A DNA stretch of 47,476 bases from Deltaproteobacteria bacterium. Lineage in GTDB: Bacteria; Myxococcota; JACRCW01. The notes under the pieces are model-generated. The model saw only the letters and a list, made by a program, of their open reading frames with translations. It was not told the DNA's origin and ran no database searches. Shown here piece by piece: positions 27,843 to 38,487 of the stretch (position 1 is its first letter; each line of letters begins with the position of its first letter). A program made the position numbers and the translations under genes. The stretch spans positions 1-47,476 of the forward strand of contig JACRCW010000090.1 of NCBI GenBank assembly GCA_016218805.1, written 5' to 3'.

Positions 27843-29087
27843 ATGCGGATCGACTTGCAGCAATCACACGCGGCGCTCCCGGCATCCGCGGCCCTGGAGG
27901 TGGCGGTGCTCCTGAAGGCGGAGCCTGATGCGACGACAACGACGGCACGCGCGGCGGCAGCGGATTCCGTGCACGCGGGCCTGGTGCTGGACCGCTCGGG
28001 GTCCATGGAGGGGGGAAGCGGGGTGTCCGGCCTGACCAAGCTGGAGGCGTTGAAGGTGGCCGTGCAGGCGGCGTTGCAGCTCCTGGAGGGCTGCGGCGCC
28101 ACCGTCACGGCGGCGGCGTTCAGTGACAAGGCCAGGCCGCTGTGTCACCGGCTGGCGCTGGCGCCGCGGGCGGCGGCGGGCGTGGCCGCGGCGGTGGAAG
28201 GACTGGCCGCCGGCGGCGGGACCGAGGCCAAGGCCGCCATGGAGCCGGTGCTGCAGGCGCTGCTCCCGCACGACCACACGGCGCGCCGGCTGGTGCTGGT
28301 CACCGACGGGGAGTTCAACGGTGGCAGCGTGAAGCCGTGCCGGAAGCTGGCGCAGCAGGCCGGCGAGCACGGCGTGGCGCTGTGGGTGTTCGGGACGGGT
28401 ACGTCCTACAACGAGACCTACCTGCGCGAGCTGGTGGACCTGGGCGCACCGGGCGGGATGCTGGTGCACATCACGGATCTGGCCGCGCTGTCCCAGCGCC
28501 TGGGTGACGAGTTGCGCGCCGTGGCGTCCGCCACGGCATCCGGGCTTGCCGTGGTGGTGACGCCGTCCCCCGGCGTGCGCGTGCTGGAGCTGACGCGGCT
28601 GGTGCCGGTGCAGTGCGCCGTGGCGCTGCGTCCGGACGGCACCGCTGAGGACCGCATGGACGTGCTGGACGCGCGCGGCCAGGCGTGGGTGGCGCGCCTG
28701 CGCGCGGACGGGCTTGCCGCCGGGCGGCACGCGCTGGCGCGCTGGAAGGTGAGTCACCAGGAGAACGGGCAGCACCACGTGCAGGCGTTTGAAACGGCGC
28801 TGGACGTGCTGCCCGCGGGGTCCGCGCCGTCAGCGGCCAACGCCAGGGTGATGACCACCGTTCTGTCCGCGCATGCCGCGCAGGCCACGCTGCTGGGCAA
28901 CGCCGCGCTGGCCACGCAGCTGTACGCGGCGGCCGGCCAGACCGGCCTGGCGCAGAAGTTGAGCGCACTGGGAACTGCGTTGCCGTCGTCGTCCGACGCG
29001 GCGCGTGCGCTGCGCACCGAAGTGCTGGCCAGCACGCGCCTGGTGGCGCTGGGCAGCGCGCTGCCCGTGAAGGGAGGTACGCCATGA
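27843..29087 (+). CDS. von Willebrand factor A (vWA) domain protein with helical C-terminus (414 aa)
   Basis: Intact MIDAS: LVLDRSGSM, GGGT, LVLVTDGE. No signal peptide. Confidence 0.92.
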   Translation: MRIDLQQSHAALPASAALEVAVLLKAEPDATTTTARAAAADSVHAGLVLDRSGSMEGGSGVSGLTKLEALKVAVQAALQLLEGCGATVTAAAFSDKARPLCHRLALAPRAAAGVAAAVEGLAAGGGTEAKAAMEPVLQALLPHDHTARRLVLVTDGEFNGGSVKPCRKLAQQAGEHGVALWVFGTGTSYNETYLRELVDLGAPGGMLVHITDLAALSQRLGDELRAVASATASGLAVVVTPSPGVRVLELTRLVPVQCAVALRPDGTAEDRMDVLDARGQAWVARLRADGLAAGRHALARWKVSHQENGQHHVQAFETALDVLPAGSAPSAANARVMTTVLSAHAAQATLLGNAALATQLYAAAGQTGLAQKLSALGTALPSSSDAARALRTEVLASTRLVALGSALPVKGGTP

Positions 29088-29575
29088 ACCCCTGCCCGTC
29101 CTGCCAGGTCCCCGCCGTGCCCGGCGCCATTGTCTGCGGGGGCTGCGGCGCGCCGCTGCCCCAGGCGGCGGGTGCGGCCCCCTGCGCCGCGCCCTCCCTC
29201 TGTGTGCAGGAACTCGTCGTTGTGGACGGAGGCACCGCCGGCATCCGGCTGCCGCTGCCGCCGGAGGGGACGCAGCTGACGCTGGGCCGGCATGACCTCA
29301 CGCGCACGCCGCCGTGGGTCGTGGATGTGGACCTGGGCCGCTACCTGGCGCTCACCGCCGGCGAAGGCATCCCCATCAGCCGCGACCAGGCTGCGCTGTG
29401 CCGCCGCGCGGGCGAGCTGACCCTCACGCCGCGCGGCGCGGCCCCGACGCTGCACCGCCCCCACGGCCAGCCCGACTACCGGCCGCTGGCGACGGGACAG
29501 GCGCACCCCATCCGCCCCGGGGACCGCTTGGTGTTTGGCCACGCGGGGCGGGTGCTGGTGCTGGAAGCCCACTGA
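29084..29575 (+). CDS. Zinc-ribbon plus FHA-like domain protein (163 aa)
   Basis: CPSC...CGGC zinc ribbon, then LTLGR, VDVDL, ISRDQA and PGDRLVFG FHA-like segments. ATGA overlap with the vWA stop. Confidence 0.8.
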   Translation: MNPCPSCQVPAVPGAIVCGGCGAPLPQAAGAAPCAAPSLCVQELVVVDGGTAGIRLPLPPEGTQLTLGRHDLTRTPPWVVDVDLGRYLALTAGEGIPISRDQAALCRRAGELTLTPRGAAPTLHRPHGQPDYRPLATGQAHPIRPGDRLVFGHAGRVLVLEAH

Positions 29576-29587
29576 ACGGAGGACGTC

Positions 29588-30805
29588 ATGGACGGAAACG
29601 TGATGATGCTGCCCAGGCTGTACAGGGGATTGCCCAAACCGGGACACGCCGTGTTTGAAGGCGCGGTGCAGCGCGGAGGCACAGGCGGCACGCTGGTGCG
29701 CAGCCGGTCGTTCGCGCGGTACCTGGGACAGGAGTGCCTGGAGGTGGCGTCCGCCGGCGTGACGGACGTGGCGGGGCGCCTGCAACCGCGTCCGGTGGCG
29801 GTGCTGACGGACCTGCTGCAGCACCAGCCGGGCCGCCCCGGCGGGCTGGTGGTGGAAGGCGCCGGGGAACCCGCGTGGGTGGCCGCCACGCGGCTGCTGC
29901 TGGATGCGCTGGAGCGGGAGGGAATCCTCACCGTGCTGCCCGCGGACCAGCACCTCAACCCGGACCTGCTGGACCGGGCGGCGGAGACGTCCTTTGAGCT
30001 GGTGGAGGGCATGCTGGCCCCCGAGGAGACCGTGCGGCTCCGCCAGGATCCCGCACGGCTGGCGCGGCTGCGCGCGGGCGGGAGGATGACGCTGGCGGAC
30101 TACGAGGCGGTGTTTGGACCCGTGGTGGACAAGGAGGACCGCAACTTTGTCCCGCACTGCCATGAGGGCGTGGTGGAGTACATCCCGTGCGTGCTGTCCC
30201 TGCTGGGGCGGCAGCGCGCGCGGGTGCTGCGCCAGGCGGAGACGGGGGTGCTGGTGCCATCCGCCTGTGTGCTGCCCGACTTCAAGACGGGACTGTCCTG
30301 TCTGTCCGCCCCCGACGGGCGCGGCCTGCACGGCAACGCCTTGCGCGACGTGCTGGCGGCCAGCCAGCGCGGCCTCTACCTGGACGGGGACGCGCGCCCG
30401 CACGCCAAGCTGGCGCTGGTGGGCGGCACCGCGCATGAGTACTCCGTGGCGGAGCTCATCCGCTTTCTCGTTGACATGGACTACTCGGTGGTGTGGCTGA
30501 TGGCGTGCACGGGCGGCCTGGGCATCAGTGCCAAACTGGCCACCGCGCTGGACCTCATGGAGCGCTACGGCACGCGGCTGTTCTGCACGTATGACTGGCC
30601 GCTGCCCGAGCACCTGGGCCCCGCGCCCGCCGGCTGGGCGCCGCTGGCCGCGCAGGTTCGCCAGGAGGATGACGGGGAGTTGCAGCAGGCGGAGCAGGCC
30701 CGCGCCGCGCTGCTGGCCGCGCGCAAGACCGGTCAGGGGCGCCCGCTGGTGGTGGACGGTGCCACCGTGGGCCGGGCCCGCGTGCCCGCCGGGAGGACGC
30801 CATGA
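29588..30805 (+). CDS. Nicotinamidase/isochorismatase (PncA)-fold protein with Ser in the catalytic Cys position (405 aa)
   Basis: Collinear PncA-like motifs: VLTD75...GGLVVEGA, D120-Q-H122, FVPH190C, FK233TGLS, LVGGTAHEYS286V, VVWLMACTGG, ALDLMERYG. GGAGG RBS. Confidence 0.65.
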   Translation: MDGNVMMLPRLYRGLPKPGHAVFEGAVQRGGTGGTLVRSRSFARYLGQECLEVASAGVTDVAGRLQPRPVAVLTDLLQHQPGRPGGLVVEGAGEPAWVAATRLLLDALEREGILTVLPADQHLNPDLLDRAAETSFELVEGMLAPEETVRLRQDPARLARLRAGGRMTLADYEAVFGPVVDKEDRNFVPHCHEGVVEYIPCVLSLLGRQRARVLRQAETGVLVPSACVLPDFKTGLSCLSAPDGRGLHGNALRDVLAASQRGLYLDGDARPHAKLALVGGTAHEYSVAELIRFLVDMDYSVVWLMACTGGLGISAKLATALDLMERYGTRLFCTYDWPLPEHLGPAPAGWAPLAAQVRQEDDGELQQAEQARAALLAARKTGQGRPLVVDGATVGRARVPAGRTP

Positions 30806-31638
30806 CCCGCGTGGACCGGCGGCCCACCGTGGCCCGCAACTTCCTCTCGGGTGACCGCCGCAGTGTTGAATCCGCAATGGAGGCGTGGACCGCGGCCCGT
30901 CCACCGGTCACCCGCGTGGTGCTGTCCGGAGCGGGTGTCCACGTTGCCGCCACCGCGCTGGGGCTGCGGGACCTGGCCACGCTGCGCGGGCGGCCCGGTC
31001 CGTTCTTCCCCGTCGTCACCGGCCTGCCCGTCCCCGGCCCCACCGCCGTCACCCCGCCGGAGGCGCTGGCGCGCGCGGCGGGATGCGGCACCGCGGGCTG
31101 GTCAGACGTGCGCCCCGGGGACGTGGTGTGGCTGGTGGACGGCGAGGCGCTCCCGCGCGGCATGGAGAAGAGGTTGCTGGAGCTGGCCGTCCCGCTGGTG
31201 TGCACGCTGCCGCCGGGCGCGTTGGTGCCGTCGTCATGGCGCCGCCGCCGGCTCAGCGGGCGGCTGCACGTGCTGCCCTGCCCCGTGGAATCCGCCGGGC
31301 TGTGGCCCGCGTGGGAGGGCACGCTGGAGGACCTGGCGCCCGCGCGGATCCTCGTTGCCGGGAGGGGTGCGCGGCTGTTTGGTGCGGCGGTGGCGGCCGG
31401 GGACTTCTTCCTGGAGCGCCTGGCCGTGACGCTGCGCGGTGATGACGCGGATGCCGTCCCGCGCACCCGGACCGCGGTGCTGGCTCCCGCCACGGACGCC
31501 CCCGCGGCGTGGACGGACGCGGCGGCAACCTGGCGCCACGCGGCGGTCCGCGCGGGCGCAACGGTGCAGGCCGCGGCGGCGGGGGCGGAACCCGGCGTGG
31601 TCATGGTCCCCGAACAGGAGGCCAGGGCAGCGGCGTGA
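30802..31638 (+). CDS. Hypothetical protein, possibly a degenerate isochorismatase-fold paralog of the upstream gene (278 aa)
   Basis: ATGA overlap and GGAGG RBS. Shares a GAG..VAAT.L.L..L segment with the upstream protein. RILVAG and a final helix-G-x-x-V resemble the fold, but no catalytic residues are apparent. Confidence 0.55.
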   Translation: MTRVDRRPTVARNFLSGDRRSVESAMEAWTAARPPVTRVVLSGAGVHVAATALGLRDLATLRGRPGPFFPVVTGLPVPGPTAVTPPEALARAAGCGTAGWSDVRPGDVVWLVDGEALPRGMEKRLLELAVPLVCTLPPGALVPSSWRRRRLSGRLHVLPCPVESAGLWPAWEGTLEDLAPARILVAGRGARLFGAAVAAGDFFLERLAVTLRGDDADAVPRTRTAVLAPATDAPAAWTDAAATWRHAAVRAGATVQAAAAGAEPGVVMVPEQEARAAA

Positions 31639-31648
31639 GGAGGCGGTC

Positions 31649-32470
31649 ATGCGCGTGGGCCCCTACGAGTTGGAGCACGTCCTGGGACAGGGCGGCATGG
31701 GGACGGTCCACGCCGCGCGGCACCGGCTGTTGGGCTCGCGCGTGGCCATCAAGGAACTGCACCACCCGGACCCCGCCGCACGCGCGCTGCTGCTGGATGA
31801 AGCGCGCCTGCTGTTTGGCCGCAAACACCCCAGCTTCCCAACGGTGCTGGACCTGGTGGAGGCGCATGGGCGCGCCTGGCTGGTGATGGACTTTGTGGAG
31901 GGCCCCACGCTGCGCGCGGTGGCGGAGGCCCGGCCGCTCCTGCCGGCGGAGACCATCCTGCTGGGCCAGGGACTGTGCGGCGCGCTGGAGTACCTGCACG
32001 CCGGCGGCGTCCTCCACCGCGACGTGAAACCGGACAACATCCTGCTGCCCCGCGGCCTGGCGGACCCGGTGCTGGTGGACCTGGGCATTGCGGGCCGGGT
32101 GGGCAGCTCCGGCGCGGTGGCCTTCACCCCCGGCCTGGCCCCGCCTGAACAGGAGCAGGGCCTCCCCTGCACGGCGGCCTCTGACGTCTACCAGGTGGCC
32201 GCCACGCTGCTGTGGTGCGCCACCGGCACGCTCCCGCCCGGCGCATCGTCCCGCCATCATGACGACGACCTGGGCGCCGGCTTTGCGGGGCTGAACGCGC
32301 GCGCACCCGGCCTGGCGGCAACGCTGGCCCACGGGCTGCGGCTGGCTCCCGCGCTGCGCCCGCTCTCCGCGCGCGCGCTCGCCGCCGCGCTGGGCCGCGC
32401 TGCGGCGCCGGTTCCCGCGCCGCCGCTGCAGGCGGCACCCCGGCGGGGAATGTTTGACATCCGCCGCTGA
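31649..32470 (+). CDS. Stand-alone cytoplasmic Ser/Thr protein kinase (273 aa)
   Basis: LGQGGMG, VAIKE, DEARLL, HRDVKPDN, DLG, TPGLAPPEQ, SDVY. No TM or sensor domain. AGGAGG RBS. Confidence 0.92.
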   Translation: MRVGPYELEHVLGQGGMGTVHAARHRLLGSRVAIKELHHPDPAARALLLDEARLLFGRKHPSFPTVLDLVEAHGRAWLVMDFVEGPTLRAVAEARPLLPAETILLGQGLCGALEYLHAGGVLHRDVKPDNILLPRGLADPVLVDLGIAGRVGSSGAVAFTPGLAPPEQEQGLPCTAASDVYQVAATLLWCATGTLPPGASSRHHDDDLGAGFAGLNARAPGLAATLAHGLRLAPALRPLSARALAAALGRAAAPVPAPPLQAAPRRGMFDIRR

Positions 32471-32518
32471 CGGGAGCGCCTTGTCCGCCCCGGACGGGTT
32501 TGACAGGCTCGCGGGCCC

Positions 32519-34663
32519 GTGTCGGATGTCGCTGAACTCGTGTTGTCACTGGCCGACGAGCTCACGGCGCTGGAGGCCGCGGACGTAGACCGGTCCATTG
32601 AGCGCGCGCTGCGGCGGGTGAGCGAGTTGGCCGCGGCCGACCGGGGCTACGTGTTTGTGGTCTCCGAGGACGGCCAGACGGTGTCCAACACGCACGAATG
32701 GTGCGCGCCCGGCGTGGCCCCCGCCCGGGATGCACTGCAGGAGCTGCCGCGCTCCACCTTTCCGTGGGCGTTCTCCATGCTGGAGGGACTCGCTGAGCTG
32801 CGCGTGCCGCGCGTCACCGACGCGCCACCCTCACCCGAGCGCGACGAGTGGGTACGGGAGAGCATCCAGTCGCTGTACTGCACGCCGCTGCACGTGCACG
32901 GGCGGCCCATCGGCTTTCTGGGGTGTGACTGGGTCCGGCAGGAAGACCCGCTGGCCGCGGCCACCACGCGCATGCTGCGCGTGGCCGGCGTGCTGGTTGC
33001 CAGCGCGCTGGAGCGGCATCGCGTCCACCGGCTGTTGGAACAGCGGCGCGCCGCCGAGGAACTGCTGCAGGGCATCTCCAGCCGGTTTGTCCACGTGGGC
33101 CCGCAGGACGCGGACCAGGGCCTGTATGACGCGCTGGCCCGCCTGGGCACCCACCTGCGCGCGGATGCCGCCTGCCTGGTCCGCCTGGACCGCACTGAGC
33201 CGCCGCGCTGCACGCACGCCTGGCGCAGCGGCGCGCTGTCCGGCGTCCCGGATCTGGCGCTGGTGCGCCCGGCCATGCTGGACCCGGCAACCTGGAGCAA
33301 CCGCCCCGCCCCGGCGGAGCCGGATGGGTGCCCGGACGCCGCGGCGGCGGGCGCAGCCCCGGAGGTGGGTGCCGCGCTGGACGTCCCGTTGTGGTCCGGG
33401 GACCAGCTCATGGGCGTGCTGGGGTTTGCCACCGGCCGCCGCGGCCGCGGGTGGACCGCGGAGGAGTTGCGGCTGGCCCGGCGCGGCGCGGAGATCCTGG
33501 CCAGCGCGCTGTCCCGCCTGGCGGCGGACGAGAAGGAGCACCGCCTGCGCGCGCAACTGCGCCAGACCCAGAAGCTGGAGATCCTGGGCCAGCTGGCCGG
33601 CGGCATCGCCCATGACTTCAACAACATGCTTATGAGCATCACCGTGGGAGTGGACAACGCGCTGCGCGTGGCACCCACCGCCAGCCCGGTGCTGCGCGAG
33701 GCCCTGGGGGACATCCACGACGCCGCCGAGCGCGCGGCGGCACTGACCCGGCAGCTGCTGACCTTCAGCCGGCGCCGGGTGGTGCAGACGCGCCGCGTGG
33801 CGCTCAATGACATTGTGGAGGAGATGCTGCGCATGGTGCGCCGGGTGGTGCGGGAGTCCATCCGGATTGACGTGCGGCTGGACCCCGCGCTGCCGGCGGT
33901 GGACGAAGACCCCAGCCACCTGGAGCAGGTCCTGCTCAACCTCTGCCTCAACGCGTCCGACGCCATGCCGCGGGGCGGGCGGCTCACGCTCACCACCGCC
34001 ACCGCGGTGGAGGACGGCGCAACGCGCGTGCTGCTGTCCGTGCGGGACACCGGCGTGGGCATGCCCCCGGAGGTGCGGGAACGCGTGTTTGAGCCCTTCT
34101 TCACCACCAAGCCGCCCGGCATGGGCAGCGGGCTGGGCCTGTCCACGGTGTACGGCATTGTGAAGTCATCCGGCGGCTCCATCCGCGTGGAGAGCACGCC
34201 GGGCCAGGGGACCCTGTTTGAGATCCTGTTCCCGGCCGCGGGCCGCCTGCCGGAGACCGCACCCGCACGCACCGCGGCGTCCGCGCCGCCGGCCGGCCGC
34301 GAACGCATCCTGCTGGCCGAAGACGACCCGGCGGTGCGCCGGCTGGTCTCCGGCGTGCTGCGGCAGGCCGGCTACAGCGTGCTGACGGCGCCGGACGGCG
34401 AGGAGGCGCTGGCGCTGTTCCAGGCGCACGCGGACATCCACGCGGTGATCCTGGACGCGGTGATGCCCGGCCGCGGCGGGCTGGAGGCGTTTCTGGGCAT
34501 GGAGCAGACACGGCCGGGCGTGCGCGCGCTGTTCTCGTCCGGCTACGCGGCGCAGGACTTCCCGGAGGGGTTCTTTGCGGAGGGCCGCCGCGCGTTCATT
34601 GAAAAGCCGTATGACGGTCCCACGCTGCTGCGCCGCCTGCGCGAGCTGCTGGACCGGGCCTGA
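32519..34663 (+). CDS. Hybrid sensor histidine kinase (two GAF domains, HisKA, HATPase, receiver; 714 aa)
   Basis: SNTHEWCAPG GAF, GQLAGGIAHDFNN, NLCLNASDAM, DTGVGM, FEPFFTTK, GSGLGL, and receiver ILLAEDD...ILDAVMP...KP. Confidence 0.95.
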   Translation: MSDVAELVLSLADELTALEAADVDRSIERALRRVSELAAADRGYVFVVSEDGQTVSNTHEWCAPGVAPARDALQELPRSTFPWAFSMLEGLAELRVPRVTDAPPSPERDEWVRESIQSLYCTPLHVHGRPIGFLGCDWVRQEDPLAAATTRMLRVAGVLVASALERHRVHRLLEQRRAAEELLQGISSRFVHVGPQDADQGLYDALARLGTHLRADAACLVRLDRTEPPRCTHAWRSGALSGVPDLALVRPAMLDPATWSNRPAPAEPDGCPDAAAAGAAPEVGAALDVPLWSGDQLMGVLGFATGRRGRGWTAEELRLARRGAEILASALSRLAADEKEHRLRAQLRQTQKLEILGQLAGGIAHDFNNMLMSITVGVDNALRVAPTASPVLREALGDIHDAAERAAALTRQLLTFSRRRVVQTRRVALNDIVEEMLRMVRRVVRESIRIDVRLDPALPAVDEDPSHLEQVLLNLCLNASDAMPRGGRLTLTTATAVEDGATRVLLSVRDTGVGMPPEVRERVFEPFFTTKPPGMGSGLGLSTVYGIVKSSGGSIRVESTPGQGTLFEILFPAAGRLPETAPARTAASAPPAGRERILLAEDDPAVRRLVSGVLRQAGYSVLTAPDGEEALALFQAHADIHAVILDAVMPGRGGLEAFLGMEQTRPGVRALFSSGYAAQDFPEGFFAEGRRAFIEKPYDGPTLLRRLRELLDRA

Positions 34664-34680
34664 AGGCGCACCGGGGCCAT

Positions 34681-34961
34681 GCAGGACAGCCCCGGAGCGG
34701 GGCAGGACACCCAGGGGGCTGAACAGGACCTCCCCAAGGGCCGTGCAGGACATCCATTTGGCCAAGCCAAGGTCCTGCTCGGGTCCGGCCATGTCCTGCT
34801 CGGGCACGACCATGTCCTGCTCGGGCTCGGCGATTGTCCTGCTCGGGTCCGGGAATGTCCTGCGCGGTCCCGATGCTGTCCTGCCCGTTCCCCGGGTGGT
34901 CAGCTTGCGGAGGCAGGACGTCCTGCTTGGCCCTTGGGTCATTCCCGGGGCCGGGCAGGAC
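34681..34961. repeat. Intergenic array of CAGGAC/GTCCTG motifs phased at 21-22 bp, in both orientations
   Basis: CAGGAC at 34682, 34703, 34724, 34746, 34914, 34956. GTCCTG at 34772, 34793, 34814, 34836, 34857, 34878, 34920. The first four GTCCTG copies extend to GTCCTGCTCGGG. Confidence 0.85.
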
Positions 34962-35109
34962 ATCTGCGGTGACCGGAGCCGATTTGAGCGTTGCCTGCGG
35001 CTCCCGACGCCTGATAGGAGCCCGCGCCCTTTCAAGAACGGGCCTTGGATCCTCCGTCGGCTGCCGGTGGCGGATCCGGGTCCCCCAAAGAGTGGAGTCT
35101 GGAGAACCC

Positions 35110-37554
<2,445 letters not shown>

Positions 37555-37578
37555 ACCGTCCTGTCACCGGGACGCCTT

Positions 37579-37622
37579 GCGGCCGGCGCGCTCCCACCGG
37601 GGGTCCGCCGGCCGCGGTGTTT
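37579..37622 (+). terminator. Terminator-like hairpin after hppA
   Basis: 10-bp perfect stem GCGGCCGGCG (37579-37588) / CGCCGGCCGC (37606-37615) with a weak U-tract GGTGTTT. Confidence 0.5.
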
Positions 37623-37649
37623 CCGGATGTCCCTTCCAGGGCCCGCCGC

Positions 37650-38487
37650 ATGTCCCTTCCCCGCGTCCTGGCCATTGCACTCCCCGGGGTCCTGGCCGCG
37701 TGCGTGTCCGAGCGCGCCGTGGCGCCCCGGGCTGACCGCGCGGTTCCTGACGCGGGCGCGCCTGCCGCCGCGGCCCCGCCGGCCTCCCCGCCTGACGCAC
37801 GCGCCGCGCTGGCCGCCGCGCGGGATGCCTTGTCCCGGTCTGACCACGCGCGCGCGGCCGCTGCTGGAGCACGCGCTGGCAGACCGGGCGCTGGCGCCGG
37901 TGGCCGGGCGGTTATTGGCGGAGAGTCACCTGTCCGAGGGGGGCGACCTGGTGGCCGCGGAGGCGGCGCTGACGGTGGCCGCGGGCGCCGCGCCGCAGGA
38001 CCCGGACGTGGCGGCCACGCTGGCGCGGCTGCGGCAGGCGCAGGGGCGCTACGCTGAGGCGCACGCCGCGCTGCGCGCGTTGGCCGCCGCCCGCCCCGGG
38101 GACGCGGCCGTGCACGAATCCCTGGCCAGCGTGGCCCTGACGCTGGCAACGCTGGCCAACGCGCGCGGTGACGCCGCGGACCGCACGGCGTGGGCCACCC
38201 GGGCGGCGGAGGACTTCCGCGAGGCCCGCCGTGACGCGGGTGATCTCCCCGCCTACGCGGCGGGCGAGGCCCGGGCGCTGGAGATGGCGGGCAACCTAGC
38301 GGGTGCAGAGGCCGCGCTGCTGCACGCCGTGGAACTGGGCGGGGATGCGCCGGCCGCCCGCGTCACCCTGATGGAGTTCTATGAGCGCACCGGCCAGCGG
38401 CAGAAGGCGGATGCGGAGCGCCGCAAAGCGGGTGACGCGGCGGCACCCCAGAAGCGCCGGCTGCGGCCCCTGCCCCCGTCACGGTGA
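37650..38487 (+). pseudogene. TPR lipoprotein gene split by a frameshift in a (CG)5 run (or a sequencing error)
   Basis: The frame from ATG 37650 gives a lipoprotein signal (VLAAC) and helix ...SDHARA. The TPR continuation RPLLEHALAD... is in another frame ending at 38487. Adding one CG at 37847-37856 joins them. Confidence 0.7.

Noticed and set aside
29588..30805. Tubulin/FtsZ-like (GGTGG, CTGGLG) or PD-(D/E)XK nuclease (DFKTG) interpretation of the 405-aa protein
   Set aside because: There is no GGGTG[ST]G signature in the right context and no upstream acidic nuclease motif. The collinear PncA-like motifs explain the same residues better.
28754..30904. 716-aa antisense ORF across the vWA operon
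   Set aside because: The plus-strand genes have RBSs, coupling and domain motifs. The antisense product is Arg/Gln/His-rich with no motifs.
27843..32470. The vWA operon as part of a mobile element or prophage
   Set aside because: No integrase, transposase, tRNA target, flanking direct repeats or obvious GC shift are visible.
34681..34961. Repeat array as a CRISPR array
   Set aside because: The conserved unit is only 6-12 bp with 9-15 bp between copies, both orientations are mixed, and there are no cas genes in the window.
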